The notes under the pieces: model-generated
Seen by the model: only the letters and a program-made list of their open reading frames with translations
What the model was told of the DNA's origin: nothing
Database searches by the model: none
DNA from: an uncultured Methanomassiliicoccales archaeon
Lineage (GTDB): Archaea; Thermoplasmatota; Thermoplasmata; RBG-16-68-12; EA-27
DNA length: 64,000 bases
Direction: 5' to 3'
Assembly: GCA_964396265.1 (NCBI GenBank)
Contig: CAYNEM010000014.1
Location: 7,134-71,133, forward strand
Program-made: the position numbers and the translations under genes
Shown: in pieces, positions 46,487 through 56,313 of the stretch
Numbering within the stretch: position 1 is the stretch's first letter
Layout: each line of letters opens with the position of its first letter

Positions 46487-47364
46487 TGTCGGTCCTCCTC
46501 GACGCGAACACGCGCCTCATGGTCCAGGGGATCACGGGCCACCAGGGGCAATTCCACACGCGCGCGATGCTCGACTTCGGGACGAAAGTCGTCGCGGGCG
46601 TCACGCCGGGCAAGGGTGGCACGGACGTCCACGCGGTCCCCGTGTTCGATTCCTGCGAGGAGGCCGTGTCCGTGACGGGCGCGAACGCCTCCGTCGTGTT
46701 CGTCCCCGCCCCATACGCGAAGGACGCCGCGATCGAGGCGATGGAGTCCGGCGTGAAGCTCCTCGCGATCATCACGGAGCGAATCCCCGTGCACGACTGC
46801 CTCGACCTCATGCCATACGCACGGGCGAAGGGCGTCACCGTCATCGGTCCGAACTGCCCGGGGATCGCCACCGCCGGCGTCGCAAAGGCCGGCATCCTGC
46901 CAAACCAGATCTTCATGCCGGGTCCCTGGGGCGTCGTCTCTCGCAGCGGGACGCTCACGTACGAGATCGTCGATGCGATGACGCGCTCGGGACTCGGCCA
47001 GACGACGTGCGTCGGGATCGGCGGCGATCCGATCAACGGGACAAACATGGTCGAAGCGCTCACGTTGTTCGAGCGAGACCCGGAGACGAAGGGCGTGGTC
47101 CTTGTCGGAGAGATTGGCGGGACTGCAGAGGAAGAGGCCGCGCGGTTCGCGAGGACGATGTCGAAACCCGTGTTCGCCTACGTCGCCGGCAGGACCGCGC
47201 CGCCAGGGAAGCGCATGGGCCACGCGGGCGCAATCATCCAGCAAGGGATGGGGACCGCGGAGAGCAAGGTGAAGGCGTTCGAGGAGGCGGGTGTGCCTGT
47301 CGCGGAGTATCCCCGAGAAATCCCGGACCTAATTCGATCGTCGCTGTCGAAGAGGGCGGGTTAG
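46486..47364 (+). CDS. sucD: Succinyl-CoA synthetase alpha subunit
   Basis: CoA-binding Rossmann N-terminus ([13 protein letters not shown]) and a phospho-His loop. Confidence 0.85.
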   Translation: MSVLLDANTRLMVQGITGHQGQFHTRAMLDFGTKVVAGVTPGKGGTDVHAVPVFDSCEEAVSVTGANASVVFVPAPYAKDAAIEAMESGVKLLAIITERIPVHDCLDLMPYARAKGVTVIGPNCPGIATAGVAKAGILPNQIFMPGPWGVVSRSGTLTYEIVDAMTRSGLGQTTCVGIGGDPINGTNMVEALTLFERDPETKGVVLVGEIGGTAEEEAARFARTMSKPVFAYVAGRTAPPGKRMGHAGAIIQQGMGTAESKVKAFEEAGVPVAEYPREIPDLIRSSLSKRAG

Positions 47365-47432
47365 GCGGAGCTCCCTGGTCATCTGAGCTATCCAAGCCTC
47401 AAGCGTCGCACGGCTCTTCCATCGGCACTCCC

Positions 47433-48536
47433 CTAAAGGAGTAGAGCCGCGATGGCGACTACGCCTGCGACCACGGCCGCGATGATGCCGACCTTGACCC
47501 ACGAGATCGGAGCCTCGCCCTGGACCTCACCCGTCTGACCGTTCACCACGAACCGGTACGTCTTGGATCCGAACATGTACGCGGCGACGTACATCGGGAG
47601 CAGCATATGCTTCCACGTGATCCCGCTGAGCCGCGTGTTCACGCGCAGGCCGCGCTGGGTGTCGCCGTCGAGAGCCTTCGAGCACTCCTTCTGCTCGCTC
47701 GAGACGATTTGGCCCTTCGCGTTGTTCCAGCCCTCCTTCGGCTCGACGGAGTACTCCTCCGCGAGGAACCCGGCGAGGAACCGCGGGTCGTAGCCGACGA
47801 GCGCGTTGAGGTGGAACGGGTACGCCTTCGACACGATGTTCGTCGGCAGGCCTTTCGACGCGCAGATGAGCACGTCGTTGTAGAACTGGTTGTGGCGGCC
47901 GGACCGGTGCTCCCACCGGACGCGGCGCTCCTGCCCCTGGACCGTCGTGGGCCGGCCGTTCTGCATGACCGTGCGCGGGACCGTCACGTTGTAGTATTGG
48001 CCCCTCTCGCCTGACCAGTCCGAGTCCGCCTGGGCGTCGTACGTGAAGAACGGCGTGTACAGCCCGTCGATCTTCGCGAGCTGTGCCATCCTCTTCAGCT
48101 CCCCCGGCGCAAGCCACCGGGACCGGAGCCAGGTCCGGAACTTCTGCGTGGCGGCGTCCGCGGTCACCTGGAACGGCAGCACGGATTCGGGGCGGACCAT
48201 GTTGGGGTTGCTCGGCTGCTCGAACACGACGTCGGAGCCGCAGTACGGGCATCGCGTCGCCGTCGTGGCCGGGGGGAAGTCCACCGTGGCGGAGCACGCC
48301 TTGCACTTGAACGAACGCGTCTGCGCGCCGAAGCCCGTCTGCGTCGTCGTCGCGACGAGGTCGAGCTCCTGGATGCTGTGCTCGACGATCGCCTTCGCCT
48401 CGACCACGATCTCGTTCTCCGTGCCGCAGTACTGGCACTTGAGGGAGGGCGTGCCGGGCGCGTAGTCGAGGTTCGCGCCGCAGTTCTTGCACGGGAACTG
48501 ATGGGAGCCGGAGGCCTGGGGGGCGGGGGCGTTCAT
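47433..48536 (-). CDS. Double zinc-ribbon protein with C-terminal TM anchor (hypothetical)
   Basis: Two CxxC...CxxC ribbons (CKNCG..CQYCG and CKAC..CPYCG). About 230 aa of soluble domain. C-terminal VKVGIIAAVVAGVVAIAALLL. Confidence 0.45.
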   Translation of the reverse strand: MNAPAPQASGSHQFPCKNCGANLDYAPGTPSLKCQYCGTENEIVVEAKAIVEHSIQELDLVATTTQTGFGAQTRSFKCKACSATVDFPPATTATRCPYCGSDVVFEQPSNPNMVRPESVLPFQVTADAATQKFRTWLRSRWLAPGELKRMAQLAKIDGLYTPFFTYDAQADSDWSGERGQYYNVTVPRTVMQNGRPTTVQGQERRVRWEHRSGRHNQFYNDVLICASKGLPTNIVSKAYPFHLNALVGYDPRFLAGFLAEEYSVEPKEGWNNAKGQIVSSEQKECSKALDGDTQRGLRVNTRLSGITWKHMLLPMYVAAYMFGSKTYRFVVNGQTGEVQGEAPISWVKVGIIAAVVAGVVAIAALLL

Positions 48537-48581
48537 CCTCCGAGCGATTTCCGGGCCCGTTAAGAAGGTTCCGACGCGAAT

Positions 48582-48619
48582 CGCGCGCGTGATAGGCCGT
48601 GTCCGCGGTCACGCGCGCG
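48582..48619. repeat. 11-bp perfect inverted repeat CGCGCGCGTGA-N16-TCACGCGCGCG, followed by a further (CG)n tract, in the divergent promoter region upstream of topA
   Basis: Read directly from the sequence. Confidence 0.4.
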
Positions 48620-48664
48620 CACGCGCGCGCGTTGGGTCCGGTCTCCCCGCCAATCACCGCCAAA

Positions 48665-48675
48665 CCATTAAATAG
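48665..48675 (+). promoter_or_regulatory. TATA-box element CCATTAAATAG upstream of topoisomerase gene 1
   Basis: The identical 11-mer recurs upstream of the second topoisomerase gene (51622-51632). Spacing of about 35 nt to ATG 48709. Confidence 0.4.
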
Positions 48676-48708
48676 AGCGCGCCGGTGTGTCGCGGCCCGT
48701 CGCCGGCC

Positions 48709-51177
48709 ATGCGCACACTGATCGTCACCGAGAAAAACAACACAGCCGCGCGAATCGCCACCATCCTCTCGAACGGGTCCATGCGCCGGGGCTACCCGCA
48801 CCGCGTGCCCGTGTTCGCCTTCTCCAAGGACGGGACGGACTACACGGTCGTCGGCCTCCGGGGCCACATCATGAACATCGACTACCCGGAGGAGCTGAAC
48901 GCCTGGGAGAAGGTCGACCTCAGGCGGCTCATCTGGGCGGAGCCCGTGAAGGTCGTCACCGCCAAGAACGTGGAGGCCGCGCTCCGGGAGGTCGCGCACG
49001 GGCAGGACGAGGTCATCGTCGCGACGGACTTCGACCGGGAGGGCGAGCTCATCGGCGTCGAGGCCCTCAACATCGTGAAGGCAGAGAACCCCGGCATCCG
49101 GGTGCGGCGCGCGCGATACTCTTCGCTCACGAAGTGGGAGATCGAGGAGGCGTTCCGCAACCTCGCCGAGGTGGACTATGCGCTCGCGATGGCGGCGGAG
49201 TCCCGCCAGGAGGTCGACCTCGCCTGGGGCGCCGTGCTCACGCGGTTCATCTCCATCGCCGCCAACCAGGTGGGAAAGGACTTCCTCTCCGTCGGCCGCG
49301 TGCAGACGCCCGCGCTTGCGCTCATCGTGGACCGCGAGCGGGAGATCGAAGAGTTCGTGCCGAAGCCGTACTGGACCGTCCAAGCGACGTTCGACAAGGA
49401 CGGCGTCACCTTCGCTGCGGGCCACGAGAAGGGCCAGTTCTGGGAGAAGCGCGACGCCGAGGCCGTCCTGAAGAAGGCAAAGGGCGCGAAGGGCGGCGTC
49501 GTGAAGGAGTATCTGAAGAACGAGAAGTCGGAGCGCGGGCCGCCGCCGTTCAACACGACGATGTTCGTGACGGAGGCGAACCGGCTCGGGCTCGGGGCCG
49601 CGTACGCGATGCGGATCGCGGAGGACCTGTACACGTCGGGCTACATCTCGTACCCGCGGACGGACAACACGGTGTACCCGCCGTCGCTCTCCCTGAAGGG
49701 CGTGCTCGAGAAGCTCCGGCAGTCCGAATTCCGGACGGAGGCCGAGGAGATCCTGCAGCAGGAAACGATCCGCGGGACGCGCGGGCGCATGGAGGCCACG
49801 GACCACCCGCCGATCTACTCGACGCAGGCCGCGCCGAAGACCAAGCTCCGCACCGATCATTGGAAGGTGTACGAGCTCGTCGTTCGCCGGTTCTTCGCGA
49901 CGGTCGCGCCGCCCTCGGTCGGGATCGCGAGCGAGGCGAAGCTCGACGCGAACGGGGAGATGTTCCTCGCGTCCGGGTTCCGGATCGTCGACCCCGGCTG
50001 GCGGAAGTACTACCCGTACTGGTCCACCCGGGAGTCGGACCTGCCCGCGCTCAGGGAGGGCGAGACGGTCCCGCTTTTGGCGGTGGAGATGCGCGAGGAC
50101 AAGACGAGGCCGGAGGCCCGGTACACGCAGGGCGCTCTCATCCAGGAGATGGAGCGGCTCAACCTGGGGACGAAGTCGACGCGCCACGAGATCATCCAGA
50201 AGCTGTACGACCGGAAGTACGTCGAGGGCCGCCAGCTACGTCCCACGCTCCCGGGACGGGCTCTCGTAGGCACGCTCGAGGACCACGCGAAGAAGATCAC
50301 GGAACCCGAGATGACCGCACACCTCGAGGCCGACATGGACGGCATCGCCCGCGGGCTGCGGACGAAGCAGGAAGTCGTGCACGAGTCGCAGTCCCTCCTC
50401 GACGATACGCTGACCGTGCTCGTGGAGAACGAGGACGCGATTCGCTCGGAGATCACGAGCGCCCTCCAGGTCCAGAACTTCGTCGGCGTGTGCCCGGCGG
50501 ACGGCGGCAACCTGTTCATCCGCGCGACGCGCCGCGGGTCGCGCTTCATCGGGTGCTCGAACTACCCGACGTGCAAGGTGTACCATTCGCTCCCGCCGGG
50601 GCTCATCGAGGCGACGCAGGAAAAGTGCCCCGAGTGCGGGTCCCCGATCGTCAAGCGGGTCGGCGGCGGGAAGCCGGACACGTTCTGCATCGACGCGGAG
50701 TGTCCCAGCCTCCGGGGACAGAACATCGTCGGGCGTTGTGAGAAGTGCCAGCAAGGCGAGATGATCATCCGCCACTCCGGGCGCGGGAAGCGCTTCCTCG
50801 GGTGCGTGCGATACCCGGAGTGCGACAACACGCACCCTCTGCCCCAGCGCGGCCTCATCCTCACGACGCCGGAACGGTGCGAGCGGTGCTCGAACCCGAT
50901 CATCAAGGTCATCATGCGCGGGCGCCCGCCCTGGGTCCTCTGCGTGAACATGCAATGCCCGAAGAAGATCGAACGTCAGGAGGCGAAACTGGCGCGCACA
51001 AAGGAGAAGGCGAAGGTCGCTCGCGCGAAGGCGAGGAAGGCCGCCGCCAAGAAGGCGGGGCCAAAGGGCGCAGAGAAGGCATCCAAGCCGAGGAAGCGGA
51101 TGCCGAAAGTCGCCGCGAAAAAGCGTGCACCCGCGGTACCCCAGGCCTTGCCGTCGCCGCCGAGCCTCGGGACGTAG
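48709..51177 (+). CDS. topA: DNA topoisomerase, type IA (topo I/III-like) with four C-terminal zinc ribbons and Lys-rich tail
   Basis: TOPRIM (IVATDFDREGE). Active-site Tyr region GYISYPRTDNT. Four CxxC..CxxC ribbons. KR-rich C-terminus. ATG at 48709. Confidence 0.85.
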   Translation: MRTLIVTEKNNTAARIATILSNGSMRRGYPHRVPVFAFSKDGTDYTVVGLRGHIMNIDYPEELNAWEKVDLRRLIWAEPVKVVTAKNVEAALREVAHGQDEVIVATDFDREGELIGVEALNIVKAENPGIRVRRARYSSLTKWEIEEAFRNLAEVDYALAMAAESRQEVDLAWGAVLTRFISIAANQVGKDFLSVGRVQTPALALIVDREREIEEFVPKPYWTVQATFDKDGVTFAAGHEKGQFWEKRDAEAVLKKAKGAKGGVVKEYLKNEKSERGPPPFNTTMFVTEANRLGLGAAYAMRIAEDLYTSGYISYPRTDNTVYPPSLSLKGVLEKLRQSEFRTEAEEILQQETIRGTRGRMEATDHPPIYSTQAAPKTKLRTDHWKVYELVVRRFFATVAPPSVGIASEAKLDANGEMFLASGFRIVDPGWRKYYPYWSTRESDLPALREGETVPLLAVEMREDKTRPEARYTQGALIQEMERLNLGTKSTRHEIIQKLYDRKYVEGRQLRPTLPGRALVGTLEDHAKKITEPEMTAHLEADMDGIARGLRTKQEVVHESQSLLDDTLTVLVENEDAIRSEITSALQVQNFVGVCPADGGNLFIRATRRGSRFIGCSNYPTCKVYHSLPPGLIEATQEKCPECGSPIVKRVGGGKPDTFCIDAECPSLRGQNIVGRCEKCQQGEMIIRHSGRGKRFLGCVRYPECDNTHPLPQRGLILTTPERCERCSNPIIKVIMRGRPPWVLCVNMQCPKKIERQEAKLARTKEKAKVARAKARKAAAKKAGPKGAEKASKPRKRMPKVAAKKRAPAVPQALPSPPSLGT

Positions 51178-51213
51178 CGACGCCTTATCACTCCCACCGG
51201 CTTCCCGGCGGCG

Positions 51214-51612
51214 ATGCAGCGAACGAACTTCGGCTCGGGCACTCGCTGGGAACCGATCATCGGGTACTCCCGTGCGGTCCGGGTGGGTCCTTTCGTGTGG
51301 GTCTCCGGCACCACCGCCACGGACGAGCGGGGAGACATCGTCGGGCCCGAGGACGCGTATGCCCAAGCGTCACAGGCGCTCCGGAACATCGAGCGCGCCC
51401 TCGCAGGGGCGGGTGCGAACCGGACTCACGTCGTCAGGACGCGCATTTACGTGAAGAACATCGAGGACTGGGAGCGCGTCGGGCGGGCGCACCGGGAGAT
51501 GTTCGACGGCATCCGCCCGGCCACCTCAATGGTCGAGGTGAGCCGGTTCGTCGCGCCGGAGATCCTCGTGGAGATCGAGGCGGACGCGTTCGTCCCGGAG
51601 CTGCCGGAGTGA
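51214..51612 (+). CDS. ridA: RidA/YjgF/UK114-family protein
   Basis: PARS-like block ([25 protein letters not shown]) and family size of 132 aa. Confidence 0.65.
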   Translation: MQRTNFGSGTRWEPIIGYSRAVRVGPFVWVSGTTATDERGDIVGPEDAYAQASQALRNIERALAGAGANRTHVVRTRIYVKNIEDWERVGRAHREMFDGIRPATSMVEVSRFVAPEILVEIEADAFVPELPE

Positions 51613-51621
51613 GCTTCGCCG

Positions 51622-51632
51622 CCATTAAATAG
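51622..51632 (+). promoter_or_regulatory. TATA-box element CCATTAAATAG upstream of topoisomerase gene 2 (leaderless GTG start about 25 nt downstream)
   Basis: Identical to the element at 48665-48675. Confidence 0.4.
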
Positions 51633-51656
51633 CCCGTACTCCCATGCGCGATTCCC

Positions 51657-53678
51657 GTGCGAAGGCTTGTCATCGCGGAGAAAGGCTCCGCGGCCCTGCG
51701 CCTCGCCATCGTCCTCTCAGGCGGCACGCTCAAGCGCCGCCGCCAAGGCGTGACCGTCTTCGAGTTCGCGCGGGACGGGATCGACCACGCGGTGATCGGT
51801 CTCCGTGGACACATCGTCGAGATCGACTACCCGCCAGAGTTCCGTGACTGGGACGCCGCGGACCTCGACGCGCTCCTCGCCGCCAAACCCGTGGAAGAGG
51901 TCAGCGAGCCGGCGATCGGGGACGCGATCCGGGCGTTGGCGGTGGGCGCGGACGAGATCGTAATCGCGACGGACTTCGACCGCGAGGGTGAGCTCATCGG
52001 TGCGGAGGCCGTGCGCATCGCCCGGGATGTCTCCCCCGGCTTCACTGTCAAGCGTGCACGGTTCAGCTCGCTCAGCCGCTGGGACATCGAGGAGGCCTTC
52101 CGGAACCTCTCGGACCTCGACGATCGGTTGGCGGCGTCCGCGCGGGCGCGGGAGGAGGTCGACCTCGCCTGGGGCGCCGTCCTCACGCGGTTCCTGTCCC
52201 TCGCGTGCGGGATGCGCGGGCGGGAGTTCCTCTCCGTCGGTCGAGTGCAGACGCCGACGCTCGCGCTCCTCGTGGAGCGGGAACGGGAGGCGGAGGAGTT
52301 CGTCCCCCAGCCGTACTGGATCGTCACCGCCACCGTCGGGGATCCGCCGGTCACCGCGACGCACCAGAGCGAGCGCTTCTGGCAGCAGGACGAGGCGGAC
52401 GCGGCACAGGGCCGCGCCGAGCTCGCCGAGGAAGCAGTCGTCACGAACTACGACGTTCGATCGATGGAAGGCCACCGGCCACCACCATTCAACACGACCT
52501 CGTTCCTCGCGGAGGCGACGCGCCTCGGACTGAGCGCCGTCAAGGCGATGCTCATCGCGGAGGACCTGTACCGCGCAGGGCAACTGTCCTATCCACGGAC
52601 GGACAACACGGTGTACCCGTCCAGCTTGAACCTGCGTGCCACCCTCGAACGCTTGCGCGAGTCCGATTTGGCGGCGGAGGTGGAGGAGGTCCTCGCCCAG
52701 GAGTCCCTTCGCCCCTCCCGAGGCCCGATGGCGACGACGGACCATCCGCCGATCTACCCGACTGCAGGCGCTCGCCGGGACGCCCTGAAGCCGGACACCT
52801 GGCGGGTGTACGACCTCGTGGTCCGGCGGTTCCTAGCCACCCTCGCGCCCCCGGCGTCGGAGCGGGACACCGCCGCGGAGTTCGACCTTGGCGGCGAGGC
52901 GTTCTTTGCGCACGGGCGGGAGATCGTCGATCCGGGTTGGCGGAAGTTCTACGGACCGCAGGCAACCCCTTCGCCCATCCCCGTCGTTGCCGTCGGGGAC
53001 CGGCTCCCCGTTCTGGCGGTGGTCGAGGAACACCGGCAGACGGACCCGCCGACACGATACACGCAGGGCCATGTCATCCAGGAGATGGAGAAGCAGGGCC
53101 TTGGCACGAAGTCCACGCGGCACGAGATCCTGCAGAAACTGTACGACCGGGGCTACGTCGAAGGGCGTACGCTCCGCGCGACCGCAGCGGGGCGCGCCGT
53201 CGTGGAAGCGCTGGAGGCCCACGGAGGGCAGGTGACGCGGCCCGAGATGACCGCCAAGCTGGAGGGGGCGATGGACGCGATCGCCGTCGGCTCGCGGTCC
53301 CTTGAGGACGTCGTCGCGGAGAGCCGCGCGCTGCTCGCGTCGGTCCTCGCGGAGATGCGGGGCCGCTCCGCTGGGATCTCGGCCTGGGTCCGCACCGCGA
53401 TCGCGAACGAGGTCGAGGTGGGGACGTGCGAGAAGTGCGGCGGCGTCATGCTCATCCGCAAGGCACGGACGGGACACCGCTTCCTCGGATGCTCGAAGTT
53501 CCCGGAGTGCAGGAACACGCGCGGCCTGCCGAAGACGGGCCTCCTCGTCCCTTTGTTGGAGACGTGCGAGAGGTGCGGGTCCCGGAAGCTCGCCCACGTC
53601 CACCGGGGGATCGCGAACGTATGGTGCGCGACGCCCACGTGCCCGGACGCGGAGCTTGCGCGGATCCTCGGGGTCTGA
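51657..53678 (+). CDS. topA: DNA topoisomerase, type IA paralog with two C-terminal zinc ribbons
   Basis: Same TOPRIM/active-site architecture (IVIATDFDREGE, LSYPRTDNT). Roughly half the residues are identical to the upstream copy by eye. GTG start at 51657. Confidence 0.85.
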   Translation: MRRLVIAEKGSAALRLAIVLSGGTLKRRRQGVTVFEFARDGIDHAVIGLRGHIVEIDYPPEFRDWDAADLDALLAAKPVEEVSEPAIGDAIRALAVGADEIVIATDFDREGELIGAEAVRIARDVSPGFTVKRARFSSLSRWDIEEAFRNLSDLDDRLAASARAREEVDLAWGAVLTRFLSLACGMRGREFLSVGRVQTPTLALLVEREREAEEFVPQPYWIVTATVGDPPVTATHQSERFWQQDEADAAQGRAELAEEAVVTNYDVRSMEGHRPPPFNTTSFLAEATRLGLSAVKAMLIAEDLYRAGQLSYPRTDNTVYPSSLNLRATLERLRESDLAAEVEEVLAQESLRPSRGPMATTDHPPIYPTAGARRDALKPDTWRVYDLVVRRFLATLAPPASERDTAAEFDLGGEAFFAHGREIVDPGWRKFYGPQATPSPIPVVAVGDRLPVLAVVEEHRQTDPPTRYTQGHVIQEMEKQGLGTKSTRHEILQKLYDRGYVEGRTLRATAAGRAVVEALEAHGGQVTRPEMTAKLEGAMDAIAVGSRSLEDVVAESRALLASVLAEMRGRSAGISAWVRTAIANEVEVGTCEKCGGVMLIRKARTGHRFLGCSKFPECRNTRGLPKTGLLVPLLETCERCGSRKLAHVHRGIANVWCATPTCPDAELARILGV

Positions 53679-53720
53679 ATCGCCCCGCGGAGTCGCGACG
53701 CGGATGGCCTTCGTGGCGGA

Positions 53721-54365
53721 TCACCATGGCTCGCCGGCATTCCCGCCACAGAAGCGCGTCACGAGGTTGGCGGCGATGGCCGTCGCCTCGCGCAATGCAT
53801 CCTCGGAAATTCCGGGCACGCCGCAGACGAGGAACCGCACGTCGCGTGTGTCGGACGTCACCTTGCTCGCCTCCGCGTCCCGGTACGGATAGATCGCGAC
53901 GAGCCGGTCCGCATCCTCGCATACGACCTCGACCCCCTTGAGGGTCGCCGTCGACTCCATCCCGATTCCGAGGAACGTCTCTCCCTGCCGGGCGCGTCGC
54001 ATGCGCATGTCCCCGCGCAACTTTGCCGCGTCGAATGCCGCGAGCGCGACGCGGGTCTCGGCGGACGCAAGGTTGTACGCGTCGACGAGCGTGTTGATCC
54101 GAGGGAACGGCTTTCCCTGGATCACGCGACGCAGGAGGGCCTCGGCCGCCGGTCGGACCTTCGTCGGGTCGACGCCGACCCGCCAGAAGAAATCCCGGTA
54201 TGCGCGCAGGCGCGGCTCGTCCTTCAGGGTCTCGATCATGTACGTGCCGCGGTAATGATTCGTACGCTCCTCCAGGAACGATGCCAAGGCGTCGTTTGCG
54301 GGTTCCACGCGGAGGCCTCGAACGTCGAACACCAGGGCCTCGAGGCCGGGGAACTCCGTCCCCAA
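53721..54365 (-). CDS. Stand-alone B3/4-domain protein (Phe-tRNA synthetase beta B3/B4-like)
   Basis: RAYRDFFWRVGVDPTKVRPAAEALLRRVIQGKPFPRINTLVDAYNLAS...GDMRMRRARQGETF matches the B3/4 solo-domain family. Start approximate (TTG about 54365 or GTG about 54332). The upstream long ORF is S/R-rich junk. Confidence 0.6.
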   Translation of the reverse strand: MGTEFPGLEALVFDVRGLRVEPANDALASFLEERTNHYRGTYMIETLKDEPRLRAYRDFFWRVGVDPTKVRPAAEALLRRVIQGKPFPRINTLVDAYNLASAETRVALAAFDAAKLRGDMRMRRARQGETFLGIGMESTATLKGVEVVCEDADRLVAIYPYRDAEASKVTSDTRDVRFLVCGVPGISEDALREATAIAANLVTRFCGGNAGEPW

Positions 54366-54501
54366 ATCCGGATCCGGCCGCAGGGGCACACGCCAGGAAT
54401 CGCACAGCCGCCAAAGAACTTGCCCCGTTCGAACCCCGAAGGCTCCGGTGGAGTCGCACCGCCAAGTACTTGGACGGGAAATCGTTCGCCACAGGGCGTC
54501 C

Positions 54502-55656
54502 ATGGAGCACATCGTCATCCTTGGCGGCGGCTTCGGCGGCCTGACCGCCGCATCGGAGCTCGACCCGCTGGCGGCGTCCGGGAGGGCGCACGTCACGCTC
54601 ATCGAGCGGAACACGCACTTCCGCATGGGGTTCAACAAGCAGTGGGTGCTCGACGGCCGTCGGCGGCCGGACGAAGGGCTTCGCCCGTACGCATCGCTCC
54701 GCGCACGCCACGTCACGTTCCTCCACGACGCGATCGCGTCAATCGACACGGCGAGAAGGACCGTGCACCTGAAGTCGCGAAGGCTCGAATACGACCACCT
54801 CGTCGTCGCGCTCGGTGCGGAGCTGGCCCCGGACCTGGTCCCGGGTCTCACGGAGGGCGCGTACGACCTGTTCGACGACGCCGCCATTCCGACGCTGAAG
54901 GCCGCCGTGGAAGGGATGACGGAGGGCACGCTCGTCGTCGCCATCGCCTCCGTCCCGTTCAAGTGTCCGCCCGCGCCCTACGAGTACGCGCTCCTGCTCG
55001 ACGACATGCTCCGCCGTCGCAAGGTGCGCGAGGCCGTGCGCCTCGTCCTCACGACCCCGGAGCCGCAGCCGATGCCCACCGCGGGGAAGGCGGTCGGGGA
55101 CCAGGTGAAGGCGTTGCTCGCGGAGCGCGGGATCGAATACGAGACGCAGCACAAGCCGAAGGCCGTGGACGCCGCCACGCGCGTCGTGACGTACGAGAAC
55201 GGGGTGAAGCTCGCCTACGGAATCCTGGCGGCGGTCCCGCCGCACCGCGCTCCGAAGGTCGTGCGGGATGCCGGGCTTACGGACGCCTCAGGCTTCGTGC
55301 CCGTCGAGCTCGGGACGTTCCGAACGTCCGCGCCGGACGTGTACGCGATCGGGGACGTGGCGGCGATCAAGCTTCCCGGGGGAGGGCCGCATCCGAAGGC
55401 GGGCGTGTTCGCGGAGGCGCAGGCCCTCGCGGTGGCGCGCGCACTCATCGCACGGTTGGACGGCGTCGGCTCGCCGACGTACGAGGGCGTGGGCACCTGT
55501 TACGTGGAAACGGGACGCGGCATGGCCGCGCACGCAGAACTCCATCTCCTCGAACCGGATGGACCGCGGGCGAAGATGGAGACCCCTTCCGTCGCCGGAC
55601 TCGCCGCCAAGGCGGAGTTCGAGCGCGAGCGGTTCGCCCGGTGGTTCGGCGGCTAG
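54502..55656 (+). CDS. FAD-dependent pyridine nucleotide-disulfide oxidoreductase, sulfide:quinone oxidoreductase-like
   Basis: ILGGGFGG Rossmann motif and PFKCPPAPYEYAL Cys-loop typical of SQR/FCC-family enzymes. ATG at 54502. Confidence 0.65.
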   Translation: MEHIVILGGGFGGLTAASELDPLAASGRAHVTLIERNTHFRMGFNKQWVLDGRRRPDEGLRPYASLRARHVTFLHDAIASIDTARRTVHLKSRRLEYDHLVVALGAELAPDLVPGLTEGAYDLFDDAAIPTLKAAVEGMTEGTLVVAIASVPFKCPPAPYEYALLLDDMLRRRKVREAVRLVLTTPEPQPMPTAGKAVGDQVKALLAERGIEYETQHKPKAVDAATRVVTYENGVKLAYGILAAVPPHRAPKVVRDAGLTDASGFVPVELGTFRTSAPDVYAIGDVAAIKLPGGGPHPKAGVFAEAQALAVARALIARLDGVGSPTYEGVGTCYVETGRGMAAHAELHLLEPDGPRAKMETPSVAGLAAKAEFERERFARWFGG

Positions 55657-55695
55657 CCCGCGTCCTTAAGGAAAGAGTGGGGTTGCCGAGGACCT

Positions 55696-56313
55696 ATGGG
55701 GACGAAGTGGCGCATCTCCGGATCGCTCCTCGGCGCGTGCAACTGCGACTGGGGCTGCCCTTGTAGTTTCGACGCGCCGCCGACGTACGGCGCATGCCAT
55801 GGCACGTACGTGTGGATCGTGAAGACAGGGACCTTCGGAGCCACAGTCCGGCTCGACGGTCTCGCGTTCGCAAGCGCAGGCTCGCATCCGGGACCGATCC
55901 ACCTGGGCCACGGGACGTCCGTCACGCTCGTGGACGACCGGGCGACCCCCGCGCAGCGCAAGGCGATCGAGACGCTCCGGAGAGGTGGGGGCGGACCGCC
56001 GTTCTCCATCTTCGCGAAGACGACGGAGCGATGGCTCCCGACCGTGTACGCGCCGTTCGATGTCCGGCTCAACGGCGTCCGCAGCGTCGTCAAGGTGGAC
56101 GGCGGTCGAACCTACCACCTCGCGATCTCGCGCATCAAGAACCCGGTCACGGGGGATGAGGAAGAGGTGTACCTCGACAAACCCACGGGGTTCACCGCCA
56201 AGCGGACGGAACTCGGGATGTCCCTTGTCGCGCGCGTCAACGTCCCCGGGCTCGTGTACGACGTCTCAGGCCAGTACGCAGAGTACAGCGAGTTCTCCTA
56301 CTCCAGAAAGTAA
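55696..56313 (+). CDS. DUF1326-family protein
   Basis: N-terminal W.ISG.LLGACNCDWGCPC.F...PT.G.C signature of DUF1326. Confidence 0.6.
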   Translation: MGTKWRISGSLLGACNCDWGCPCSFDAPPTYGACHGTYVWIVKTGTFGATVRLDGLAFASAGSHPGPIHLGHGTSVTLVDDRATPAQRKAIETLRRGGGGPPFSIFAKTTERWLPTVYAPFDVRLNGVRSVVKVDGGRTYHLAISRIKNPVTGDEEEVYLDKPTGFTAKRTELGMSLVARVNVPGLVYDVSGQYAEYSEFSYSRK

